This document shows positions 1 to 11,995 of a stretch of DNA of 64,000 nt, piece by piece. The stretch lies in the NCBI RefSeq assembly GCF_009914755.1, contig NC_060934.1; one strand, given 5' to 3'. The DNA comes from the human T2T-CHM13v2.0 reference genome, Homo sapiens. Both the position numbers and the translations under genes were made by a program. Numbering within the stretch: the stretch's first letter is position 1; every line of letters begins with the position of its first letter. The notes beneath the pieces are model-generated. The model had not been told where the DNA came from. It made no database searches and saw only the letters and a list, made by a program, of their open reading frames with translations.

Positions 1-545
1 GCACCCCGAGGCTATCAGACCCTGGCTCCCGACGACAGCTCCAGCACGCAGTTCTGGCAGATGCGGATTCAGCCCCTCCCTGAACTCTTCCAGGAATGAG
101 GTGACAAGCACAGCAGCCCACCCTTCAGCAGCCAGCTCGTGTCTAGGAAGCCTGCCTCGTGCAGAACAACATCCACTTCCACCCCTGGACCCAGCTTCTA
201 GAACAAATCTGCTTCCTTGTCCTCATGACAGCCCTTCACATAGATTTGAAAATTACTCTCAGGGTTCCTCTACATTTTCTTTTCATCGCACCAAACAGCC
301 CCAGGCCCCTGGACTCTATCCCATATGAAATGGTTTCCAGATGGCTCCCAGTGTTAGCCACCCTCCTCCAAGCATGTTCAGAGACCTCCACACAAGCACA
401 CGCGATAAAACAGATCCTGGTTCTGAACACTGTTCTCTGGATATGCTTGAATCAGCACAGACTAGAACAGGACTGCCCTCCCCTGGAGAGGACACATTGC
501 CTCTATTAATTCAAACTGAGACTATACTCTTTTAGCCACCTTAAT

Positions 546-665
546 GCACTGTATTGCATTGTATTGTATTGCATTGCATTGTATTGTATCGTATCGTATC
601 GTATCGTATCGTATCGTATTGTATTGTACTGTATTGTATTGTACTGTATTGTATTGTATTGTACT
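546..665. repeat. Compound pentanucleotide microsatellite (GTATT/GCATT/GTATC/GTACT)x24 in an Alu tail
   Basis: 24 five-base units counted, directly abutting the minus-strand Alu. Confidence 0.95.
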
Positions 666-956
666 AGACAGAGTCTCACTAAGTCATGCAGGTTGAAATG
701 CAGTGGCATGCTCATGGTTCACTGCATCCCCAAACTCCTGGGCTCAAGCAATCCTCCTGCTTCAGCCCTCCAGCCTCCCAGTAGTTGGGACTACAGGTGT
801 GTACCACCACACCCAGCGAATTTTTTTGTTTTTATAGAGTAAGGGTCTCACTGATCTCTGGTCCTTGGCTGGTCTCTAACTCCTGGACTCAAGCAATCCT
901 CCCACGTGGGCCTCCCAAAGTGCTGGGATTACAGGCATGAGACACCATGCCTGGCC
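666..956 (-). mobile_element. Alu (AluJ-like)
   Basis: Reverse-complement Alu ending ...CCATGCCTGGCC. Confidence 0.9.
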
Positions 957-1039
957 TCTTAACATACTCTTGACTTAACCTTAGCTTGAAGTCATCGGCC
1001 CTTTCACAACAAATACTGCCAAACCAGATCTCTCTTCTT

Positions 1040-2480
1040 AAAAAAAAACAAAGTTGGAAGACTCATACCTCCCGATTTCAAAACTTACTACAAAGCTACA
1101 GTAATCAAAAGAATGTGGTACTGGCATAAAGACAGACAAATAGACCAATGGAATAGAATAGACAGCCCAAAAACAAACTCTTGCAAGTATATGTGGACAA
1201 GGGTGTCAAGATCATTTAATGAGGAAAAGACAGTCTCTTCAACAAATGATGCTGGGAAAACTGAATATCCCCATGCAAAAGAATGAAGTTGGACCCTTAT
1301 CTGATACCATATACAAAAATTAATTCAAAATGGATCAAAGACCTAAATGTAAGACCTAAAACTAAAACACCTAAAAGAAAACATAAGGGGAAATCTTCAT
1401 GACATTGGACTTGGCAGTACTTTCTTGGATATGACACCGAAAGCATAGAAAACAAAAGCAAAATAGACAAATGAGACTACATCAAACTTAAAACCATGTT
1501 TGTCAAAGGACACAGTCAAAAGAATGGAAAGGCAACTTATGGAATGGAATAAAATATTTGCAAATCATATCTCTGATAAGGGGTTACTATCTAGAATATA
1601 CAAAGAACTGCTGCAACTTAACAACAAAAAAAATCAAACAACCCAATTAAATAGTAGGCAAAAGACTTGAATAGAAATTTCTCCAAAGATGATACGCAAA
1701 TAACCAACATAACTAATCATGTTGTGCTCAACACAACTAAGATGCGCAAACTAGTCATCAGAGAAATGCAAATCAAAACCATGATGACATATCACCTCAT
1801 TAGGATGGCTACTGTTAAAAAAAAAGAGAAAATAACAAGTGTTGGCAAGGATGTGGAGAAATTGGAATCCTTATGCACTGATGGTGGGAATGTGAAATGG
1901 TACAGCTGCTATGGAAAGCAGTATGACACTTACTCAAAAAATTAAAAATAGAACTGCCATATGATCCAGTCATTCCACTCTGGGTGTATATCCAAAAGAA
2001 TTGAAAGCAGGGTCTCAAAGAGGTACTTGTATACCCATGTTCATAGCAGCACTATTCACAATATCTAAGAGGTAGCAGTAACCCAGCTGTCCATCACAGA
2101 TGAATGGATAACCGAAATGTGGGGTATACATATAATGGCATACTATCCAGCCTTAAAATGTAAAGAAGTCCTGGCGCATGCTATAGCACAGATGAACCTT
2201 GAGGACATGATGTTAAGTGAAATAAGGCAGGCACAAAAAGACAAATGCCATGTGATTCCATTCATATGAGGTATCTAAAGTAGTCAAATTCATAGACACA
2301 GAAAATAGAATGGTACCTACCTGAGGCTGTGGGGAGAAGGGAATAGACTTTCAGTTTTGCAAAATGACAAAGTTCTGGAGATCTGTTTAACATGAATGTG
2401 AACATATTTAACACTACTAAACTGGACACTTAAAAAGAGTTAAGACAGTAAGCTTTATGTGTTTTTATCACAATTTTAGA
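1040..2480 (+). mobile_element. L1M (L1MA/MB-like) 3' fragment: end of ORF2 + 3'UTR
   Basis: L1 ORF2 C-terminal motifs (e.g. TACTACAAAGCTACAGTAATCAAAA, REMQIKTMMTYHL, VGKDVEKLE), degenerate. Confidence 0.92.
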
Positions 2481-2770
2481 AAAGCCACTACTGATGAGAG
2501 GTAGGACAGCCTAGAACTGGAAAAAAAGGAGGGATGGGGTTTGGGTTTCAGTGGAGCAGAACCGAGTTGCAGATACATCAGGGAATGCTGAAGAGTCTTT
2601 GTGAATATGAACATTAACGCTTCATTTACGTACAACAACCTCTGCTGCCTCCACGAACTTCTAATGCCAAGATAACCTGAAGTCCCAAAGTAACGATACT
2701 GTATGCATGTTCTAGGAAGGACTTTTGATGCTCAGAGGTTCAATGTTAAAGTTAAGATTAGATTAAACAG

Positions 2771-3063
2771 GCTGAGCGCAGTGGCTCACACCTGTAATCC
2801 CAGCACTTTGGGAGGCTGAGGTGGGCGAATCACCTGAGGTCAGGAGTTCAAGACCAGCCTGGCCAACAGGGCGAAACCCCGTCTCTACTAAAAATCCAAA
2901 AATTAGCTGGGCGTGGTGGCGGGTGCCTGTGGTCCCAGGTACTCAGGAGGCTGAGGCACAAGAATCTCTTGAACCCAGGAGGTGGAGGTTGCAGTGAGCC
3001 GAGATAGCACCATTGCACTCCAGTCTAGGCGACAGAGTGAGACTCCATCTCAAAAAAAAAAAA
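2771..3063 (+). mobile_element. Alu (AluS-like) with TSD
   Basis: Full dimer and polyA tail; TSD AAGATTAGATTAA on both sides. Confidence 0.95.
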
Positions 3064-3974
3064 GATTAGATTAAGCAGAGATCTATTCCAGTTAAGAATT
3101 CATGAAAAAGGTAAGGCACTGTATCCAGGGGTTTATTTCTTCAAATCTTGCTCTGTTATAGATCAAGAATTTAAGGGTAGTAAGTTCTAATTCATGTTAA
3201 TATTCATGCCAAGTTAATCTAATGAAGAACTCTACATTTAAAGCCAACTCTTGGGAAATGCATTCAGAGAAAGAGGCTGTAGCCATTCTTCTTCCAGTGT
3301 ATGAAGTCACTACCCCATTTTCAGTCTATAAACCAAAGAAAGGAGAGACTTCAGGAGTAAAGCTCTCAGGCGGCAGGCTAAGCTGCCTGCCAAATCCTGA
3401 GTGCACTGAGGCAAGATGCAAAGGGGAGCTCTGTCCCCCACAGAGAAGACAGGCAGTGGAACTGAGGGCAGGCCCCGCTAAGTCAGAGACAAGCAGGGAG
3501 GTGACCTGCAGGCTCCCAGGCCCAGCCTGCAACCTCCCACTGAAGCCAGGATGAAGCGGGAGCCAGCAACCCCCCAGCCAAAACCAACTTGTGAGAACTT
3601 CTAGGACAGCAAATTGTCCTCAGCATCCAAGCAATGCGGCAGGACAGGACATGTCCACCTACCCCTCTATCACTTGCAATGGTTTGGGTGATGATCATAA
3701 TCACAATACCTGCATTACATGCTCCATACAATCACCCCCAATCTTCATAATATCCCCCAACACTTTACAGATGAGGAAATAGACACAGAGAGGTTAGGTA
3801 ACTTGTCCAGAGCCCCACAGATAATCAGTACCCAGGATCACTGGAGGAAAAGAGAGGACTCAATGCCAAGGAACCTAACTTCCAACTGGAAGAGCCAGCA
3901 GAGCTGCCTTTGGGGTGCTCCTGGGCTGGGGTGGTATGTGGGGGCATGTACAGTATTATTATTAAATGATGTAC

Positions 3975-4265
3975 AGTATTATTGTTATTATTACTATTAT
4001 TATTATTATTTTGAGACAGAGTCTCACTCTGTCACCCAGGCTGGAGTGCAATGGTGCGGTCCCGGGTTCAAGCAATTCTCCCGCCTCAGCCTCCCAAGTA
4101 GCTGGGACTACAGGCGCCTGCCATCACACCCGGCTAATTTTTGTATTATTAGTAGAGACAGGGTTTCGCCCTGTTGGCCGGGATGGTCTCGAACTCCTGA
4201 CCTCGCGACCCACCCTCCTTAGCCTCCCAAAGTGCTGGGATTACAGGCGTGAGCCACTGTGCCTG
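3975..4265 (-). mobile_element. Alu with internal deletion and (TTA)n tail
   Basis: Reverse Alu lacking ~30 bp of the right arm near 4060. Confidence 0.9.
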
Positions 4266-5864
4266 ACCTATTTTCATGCTGTCCATTTTTCCTACATGGA
4301 AAGCACTTCCTTTCAGATGAGCATCCACCTCAACAGGCTCTGGTCAGGCACAATTCTGATGTGAGAAGCCTGACCCCTCTCTGCCGGGCTGTAGTCCACT
4401 CTCGTATGCAGGATCCATGTGAGGGTCCACTCGTGACAGGCCACTCATCAGCTCCAACAAATGGCCAGATAAAGGTCAGCATGTGGCTGGACCCGAGAAG
4501 ACTGAGGGAAAAAGAGCCAGAGATTAAGACTTGGGTATGGGGTTATCAGTTCCTTACCTTCCCTTTATCCCCCTCTCTCTACTCCAAAGCTCCTGCAAGA
4601 GCAGGAGACACTCAGACCTCCTCTGAGACAAAGATAAGGCTTCTCCAAGATGCTCCACATAAACACTGGGGCCAAAGCCAGACAGACTGCGGCAGTGAGG
4701 AGCCCAGGGCTCCTTGCCCTACAGCATGGGATGGAGGAGGTGGGGCAGGAACAGGCCCAAACGCACAAGACAGTAATTCCCGGCCATGTCACCAAAAAGA
4801 TGCCTTTTGATACTTTTCCCACCCCACCCCAAACCCAACATTTGAAAGATCTGAGCTATTATATTGGTTAATAATGTATCTTGCCATATTTGCATTACTC
4901 AAGAGCTGATTAATCAACTGTGAGCCAGGGTTTCTCATTAGCATCAGAGAGCCAGTGTTGCACCACCAAACTGATTCCAAACTATAGGATTCCAGCCCCA
5001 AATCAAAGACTACATTGAAGTGATCACATTTTGCCTTAGGGCACACACTGCAAAGAGCTTGAGGAACCCCATCGTTACTTCTTTGAGCTCCTCAAGATCC
5101 ACTGATGCCTGGCTAAAAATTACAAATACAAACCTGGGTCACGGCTTAAGGGAAGGGTCTAACTAGGAGGTGGTGAGTCCTGGCCCATCCTAACCAAAAA
5201 TTGAGTTGGTCAAAACCTACCATGTACAAGTCATCACTGCATCCCTGAGTCCAGCCTGGCACCAACTCATGCCCGTCTCTACCCACTGAAAGGACCATGC
5301 TTCCTCTTGGATCCCCTTCTCCCTTGACTCCCTCCTCAAGCTTTCCCTGCCTCCCAGGAAACAGGGGCCTTCTTTAGGGCTCTGTGACTACCCACACAGA
5401 GAGGTACCCCAGCCCCCACCACTGAACACCTCCCAGTAGATTTTATTTATCCTGCAAGCCAGCACTAAACCCTAAATAACTGCCTTCATGTTTCTGGACC
5501 ACAAGTCCAGGCCAACCACAGGTCAAGTAAAACAGAAGTCAGCTGGAAAGTTCTGAGTCTACAAAATCCATGAAGCTGGAGCCCAGCACAGACCCATAGA
5601 GCCCCAAGCCCTGAAATCAGACAGCAAGAAATGGGCGGCGCCCCTTTTTTCAGCCTTCGGACAGTGTCTGCCACCAGAAAGAAACCACACTTGCCAGCCT
5701 GCTAACCCCACTTGTGCTGGGGAAACAAGAACGACTCCTGCCTGAGCCTCTGTCCAATCTGGTGGAAAAGGCATTGCCTTCTCTGGTGGAGAAGGCAAAG
5801 AGCTATGAGGAGCATTGTGGGGGCTCTGACAGAGGCTCAAGCAACTGCTAAAAGGGCACTGAGA

Positions 5865-6310
5865 GGTGGAGGTAACCTACTGTCCATCAACAGCTGAATG
5901 GATCAACAAAATGTGGTCTATCCAAACAGTGGAATATTATCCAGCCATTAAAAAAAAATGACATTTTGATATGTGCCGCAACGTGGATGGACCTCAAAAG
6001 TGCTATGTTAAGTGAAATAAGCCAGTCACAGAAGGGCAAATCCTGTATGATTCCATGTCTGTGATGTACTGAGAACAGGCAAAGTTTTAGAACCAGAAGA
6101 GAAGTAGCCAGGAGCTGCAGGGAGGGGGATGAGGAGCTATTGCTCAATGGGTACAGAGTTTATATTGGGGATGTTGAAAACATTTTGGGTATAGATAGTG
6201 ATGATGGTTACACAACATCGTGAATGTATTTAATGCCACTAAATTGTGCACTTACAAATAGCTGAAATGATAAATATTATGTATATTGTACCATGATTTT
6301 AAAAAAGTGT
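5865..6310 (+). mobile_element. L1MB-like 3'UTR fragment
   Basis: GAATGGATCAACAAAATGTGG...AGTGAAATAAGCCAGTCACAGAAG...GATAGTGATGATGGTTACACAAC. Confidence 0.88.
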
Positions 6311-7142
6311 TACAAAGGAAAAAAAAGAGGGCACTGGGGAGGCAACAACCAATTTTTTCTGGGGAGGGAGAAACTGAGAAGCTGTGATGGGAAGGTGGCA
6401 TTTCAGGCAACCTGTGGGAGACCCAGGTGAGGCAGAGGTGGCCCATCTGTCCCTCTTGTTCATGGCTCAGGTTCAGAGAGCTGGGAGGGGGGGGAAGGAG
6501 GCCTTTGTGGGGGGCGACTGAGCCTCACTCTCCACTAAGTCACCCCACTCTTCAAGAATACTCCATGGCTTCCTCTTCCTATTACCCATCCAAACTCTTC
6601 ATTCTAGAACATTTCTAGGTCTAGAGCCCATCTACACTCCCTTCCAGGCTGAGCTCACACAACACTCTAGAACTGTGGGGCCCCTGCTCACAGGGAACTG
6701 CATTCCCACCCCTGCGTCTGCACAGCTGCTCCTTCCACTGGAGTCCAGTTCTTCCTCTTCACCCTCCTGTGTCTCCCATACCCTTCGATACCTTGAAACC
6801 CACCTTCCCAGAAGACTCGTGAGCAGTCTCTTTCTTCTTGCTGTTTCTCTATTTTCTCCCATTTTCTACAATGAAAAGGGTGTACAGCATGGTGAAGAAG
6901 AGCACACCCTCTGGGTAGCACTTCCTGTACTCCAAGCCTGGATCTGCCAACAACTAGCTATGCAACCAGTTTGTTTAACCTGCCCTCAATTCTCCTGCCT
7001 ATAAAAATGGGAAAATAATAGCACCCATTGCATAGGACCATGACAATTAAAATGAGAAAATGCACATAAAGTTTTTGGCACATGAGTGCTTAACAAACAG
7101 TAACTATCATTATAATAATTACATATTGCTTTAGTACTAAGC

Positions 7143-7458
<316 letters not shown>

Positions 7459-8439
7459 TAAAATTTTGCATGTTAGCTCAATCACCTTTAAATGCCTTAA
7501 CTAGAAAACTAAATCCCTTATCTCCTATCATTCTTTGCTTTTCGCTATTTTTCAAATGTTCACTTTCTAGCAAAATTATTTTCATAATTTTTATTTTAAA
7601 ATCGTATGCTTTCAAAGAAATTTTATTTTTAATATGTTTTAATTGACAAATAATATTTGTGTAACTTTTGAAATGATTTTTCTAAAATCCTCACCTCCCT
7701 AAAAGTTATTCACAAGAGCCCGTTCCTGCACGCACGCCTCTCTATTCAGAATCTTCCCAATGGTTACGAATTCCGTTTGTCTCACACCAATTTTTGTAAT
7801 GCTGTAGGAGAGGACCAGTGGCTTTTCATGCCTTTGAGCCCCTGTAAGTGCAGGGCACACCGCGTTTGCCAGGCATTCTCTCGGGATGACCCACTGACCG
7901 CTCGCCACCCCCCCGTGGCCCTCCTTCAGGCCCTGGGCTCCCTTGGCTGTCCAAATTTGTAAAACCCTGTGTGGTTCTTAGCCAGCAGGGGCAGAGCTGG
8001 ATTCAAAGCCCACAGCCAGGCACCAGGGCTGTGTCTAGGACATTCATCCATGCTGGGCGCATCAGCCCGCTCTGGCGAGCAGATGTCAATCTGAGGCCGG
8101 CCGCCCTCTTCCCGGAGACTCCCGTGCCGGCCCAGTGGGACGCTCGCCTCTTTCACTTGAGCCTTGACAGCAGGCGCAGATTTAATGATTGGAAAGCACT
8201 TCGAGAATCCAGAGTGCTCCATAATTGCCAACTCATAATCCCCAAATTGTTCTCTGTGTAGCTGCAGGAGGTGAAGCGTCTGCGCTTGGGGCCTTCCCTT
8301 ACTTAGCATGGCTCTCACATTGAACCGGGCGGGGCAGAAGCAAAGAGGAGCTCTACCCAACAGGAAGCCCCTCCTAAGACTCACCATGCCTGACGGGGAG
8401 CAAGGCTTCTCAAGCACGAGCCAGATAAAGAGAGGTTTG

Positions 8440-8560
8440 ATGATGCAGATTCTTGGGCCCTTCCACACTGACTGACTCAGAATCTCTGAGTGTGACCCTG
8501 GGAATCTGAATTTTAATAAACTCCCCACTGAGACAACTCTTAATCATACTCTAGTTCAAG
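8440..8560. mobile_element. MER5A-like hAT relic
   Basis: ATGCAGATTCTTGGGCCC...CAGAATCTCTG...GGAATCTGAATTTTAA...CTCCCCA. Confidence 0.6.
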
Positions 8561-10089
8561 GACTGGCAGTTTGAAGGTAAGTATGTGGGTTTGGGGTCAG
8601 GTGGGCCTGGGTTCGAATCTCAGCTCTGATTCTTACTGTCTGAGACTTCCGCAAGTTACTTAATACTAGGCTGATGTTAAAAGGTATTCCCCGAAAAAAT
8701 AAATTTTTTGAGGTTCACAGTCAGATATGTTTGGGAGACGCAACATTCCACATCTGCCCTGGGAGCTGTATGGCGCACATTAGCGTGTTAAATGGGCTGA
8801 ATAGTCCTTGACGAAGGACTCTGCTTGGCCCAGCTCTTCCCCAAATTGTCTAACCAAAGAAGCTCCTTTTTACCATTAATGCCAGGAACATCTCAATATC
8901 TTGAAGGACAAAGCTAGTGAAATTCCTTTCTGGGAAAGGGAAGTCTAAGGAGTGATGGAACGCCATCTCAAGGAGTCCCCAGAGGACTCTGGCAGGAAGG
9001 AGGCTCTGGCTGGGGAGGGGCGGCTGGGAGCCCCGTTCTCGTGTGCTGGTGTCTCGGGGCATGGCTGGCTCAGTTCTGCAGTTCTGCTGCCTGGCATGGA
9101 TGCGTCACAATAGCGAGGTCACCTTCTTGCCTTGGGTAATTTCCCTCAGAGGCAAAACAGATCCATTTTTAACAGCTCTTCATTTCAGCAGAGAATGCCC
9201 TCCTGCCTCTGATGGGGGCTGGGGACCAAGACGGGAAGGGAAGCTTTGTTCTTCTGACCAGTGCTGACAGTTTAATTAAACCCAGCTTGAGACAGGGTCG
9301 ATAGGGTCAGGCATTCTTCAGCAGGGCTCCTGTGAATCTCATATCCACGCCTCTCCAACCACCAGGGCCCTGTTAATGAGTTATGGTGGTCCTTACAGCA
9401 GGGATATAAATAAGGGGAAATAAATGCCCTGGGCTGCCCTTAATCACCCACCCCCACCCCTTCCAGGCCCAGCAGAGACACAAAAGGTCAATCTTGTTGG
9501 GACACATATTGGTTTCAAGGCTAAAAGGAAGCCCAGAGGAACTGGGTTTCCAGAAGCAGCTTCTGGATGACGAGGGGATCAGCAAGAGCAGAGCTGCACG
9601 GCAGCAGAGATCCTCCCCAGATTGGAGGCCAAGGAGGCGGCATGCGTGGTGGGCGGACACCCTGCTCCCCACCTGAACCTGGTGAAGACTGAGTTTTGCT
9701 GCTGTAAGAAGCAATCAGGTTTCCAGCATATCCCTCTAACCTTCAACTTAACACCTGTGTATGTCCATGGAAACAACATCTCCACATCCTCTGAGGGTTC
9801 ACTGTCAGGTGACGGAGCTGACCTCCAAACCTAGGTAACCCCCCACCAGGGTATACCTGCCCCCCCGCCGGAAGGAGATATAGGTCCAGCCAGTGCAGCA
9901 CCTGCCCCCACCCACTCCAATCTGCTGATAGGTCAGAGGGTGGCAGGCTGCTCTCAAAGAGCACTGATGACAGACCTGTCACCTCCTAAGAGGCAGGGCC
10001 ACACTCATCCATCTTACCTAGACATCACTCCAAGGGTTCACAGTACCTAACACAGAGCCTGGCCCACAGGAGGCCCTCAGGAACTATTG

Positions 10090-10500
10090 GATCAGTGGGT
10101 GGGTGAGTAGAAGATGGAAGGTGAGCAGGAGCGAATACAGGGGTGGAGGAAGGTGGGGAGGAGTTGGGAGATAGAAGGGTATCTGGGTTTATAGGTAGGT
10201 TGGTAGATGCGTACGTGGGAGGGGGAGGGTTGATGGGTGGGGGTGGGAGAGTGGATGGATAGGCAGGTGGTGAGTGGGTGGGGAGTGCTGGATGGGAGAA
10301 TGGATGGGAGGAGATGGGGGATGGAGGGATGGGTCAGGAGTAGGGAGAGAGATGGGTGGGTTGACTGATGGGTTGGTAGATGGTGGGAAGGTAGATGGGA
10401 GGTGAAGGGCAGTGGTTGATAACTAGGTGGATGGACAGATGGGTGGATGGGTGGAGGGGGTGGATGGGTGAGGCAGGCTAGGGGTGGTATGTAAGGATGA
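10090..10500 (+). repeat. G-rich (GGAT/GGGT)-type low-complexity tract
   Basis: Dense GGG runs and TGGA/TGGG units following an L2-like 3' end. Confidence 0.85.
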
Positions 10501-10509
10501 GCTTTATTG

Positions 10510-10700
10510 TCAGACAGACTGGGGTTCACATTTGGCTTAGCCCCTTGGATGTGTCACATACCCGCTGAGCTTGCATTTCTTTATCTGTAAAATTCGGAAA
10601 GTGCTGACCTCGTAGAGTGTTCTGATGATGAAATCAGGTATATCTGTAAGTTGCTCAGCATGAGCCTGGCACACAACAACCTTCCATTCTTTCTAACCGT
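10510..10700 (+). mobile_element. MIR
   Basis: CAGACAGACTGGGGTTCA...TTTCTTTATCTGTAAAAT...CCTGGCACA core. Confidence 0.7.
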
Positions 10701-11599
10701 TACTATGATGATTGCAGTCCCTGAGATCTTTCATGAGGCCCTGGGAGAGTGAGGCAGTGAAGGAGGTCATGGGGCAGGTTCACTTCTGCAGTGGGGTTGG
10801 GGAAGGGGGTGTGCTCTCTTCTGAAGAGGTGTGAGTGCTGCTCCAGCCCACCCTCAATGGGGGCATCCCTGGGGAAGTACAGAATACATATGTAATTTCA
10901 GGGCACCAATAAATGCCTCCAGGGCAGCATCACCTACTTGCTCCATGTTTGCTCTCCCTGGCCTGCTCAGGAAAGTGCCCAAGAGGACAGAAAGCATATC
11001 TCCCACATCCTCAGCCCGGGCACTGACTGTGCCAAGGTCACGGCCCTCCTGCCCACCACATGCCAGCCTCCCTCCACAGCCTCCTCAGGGTGTCTCTGCA
11101 GGGTCACCTAAGCCCCTCGAGAAAAAAAAACAAAACCCTGTTGGGGGAAGGTCCCTGCAAATTGAGGGGATGGTTGTGAGTTAAGAGTGGTGAGGTTGAG
11201 TTGGCACAAGGGACAGGGGAAGCCAACATCAATATGGGACGCAGGTCCAGGTGCAGGTCACGCTGGGGCTGCACCACCCTCCGAAGTAGCCCTGATGTGG
11301 ACTCATCTGACATTTCCTGGGCACCTCCCGTGTGCCACAGTGTTCATGTCTGACACAAGAGAGTGTCACAGCTCTCTTTAATCGTCACATCAGCCCCATG
11401 AGGCAGCCAGCCCTTACTATCTGTATCTCACAGAAGAGCAAACAGGCTCGGTTAAAGGAAACGCTGCAACATCGTATCACAGGCATTTGCTTCACCTCAG
11501 ACTACAGAGGCTTTTCACTTCTTATTTAAAAACTGGGAGGTTTCCTACCGTAAACGTAACACATGCTTCTTAAAGAACATCTGAGACACAGAAGAGAAA

Positions 11600-11995
11600 A
11601 AAGCCACCCACAGACAATCCCTGTTGGCATTTTCCAGGTATGTTTTCATGCATTATTTAGAGTGATTTATCAAGTGGTCATATTGTCAATGCAGTTTGGA
11701 ATCCTGGCTTTTGATATCAAACACATGTATCTGCATTACTTGACATCTTTCATAAAGGCCATTTTTGATGATGGTATAAATATTCCATCAAGTAGATACA
11801 TCATCATTTACTTCATCATGCCCCCAATGTTGGACATATATGTTATTTCCATATTCTTTTCATTATTCTATATTTCAATATTCTAAATAATACAGCAACG
11901 AACATGTCTGTGCTCATGCTTTATTATTTCTTTAGGGCAGATGCCCAAATATGAGATTCCTAGGTCAAGGTTTAAGACCATTTTCAGGCTCTTCA
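11600..11995 (-). mobile_element. Old L1 (L1ME-like) fragment
   Basis: AT-rich degenerate reverse L1 3' motifs (TGTTGGACAT...AATAATACAGCAACGAACAT...GAGATTCCTAGGTCAAGG). Confidence 0.55.

Noticed and set aside
1667-2018. ORFs resembling LINE-1 ORF2
   Set aside because: Fragments of a decayed L1M copy with stops and frameshifts; not an active element or host gene.
5639-5670. REST/NRSE-like string TTCAGCCTTCGGACAGTGTC
   Set aside because: One base shorter than the canonical RE1 and lacks the CACC core; not supportable without ChIP data.
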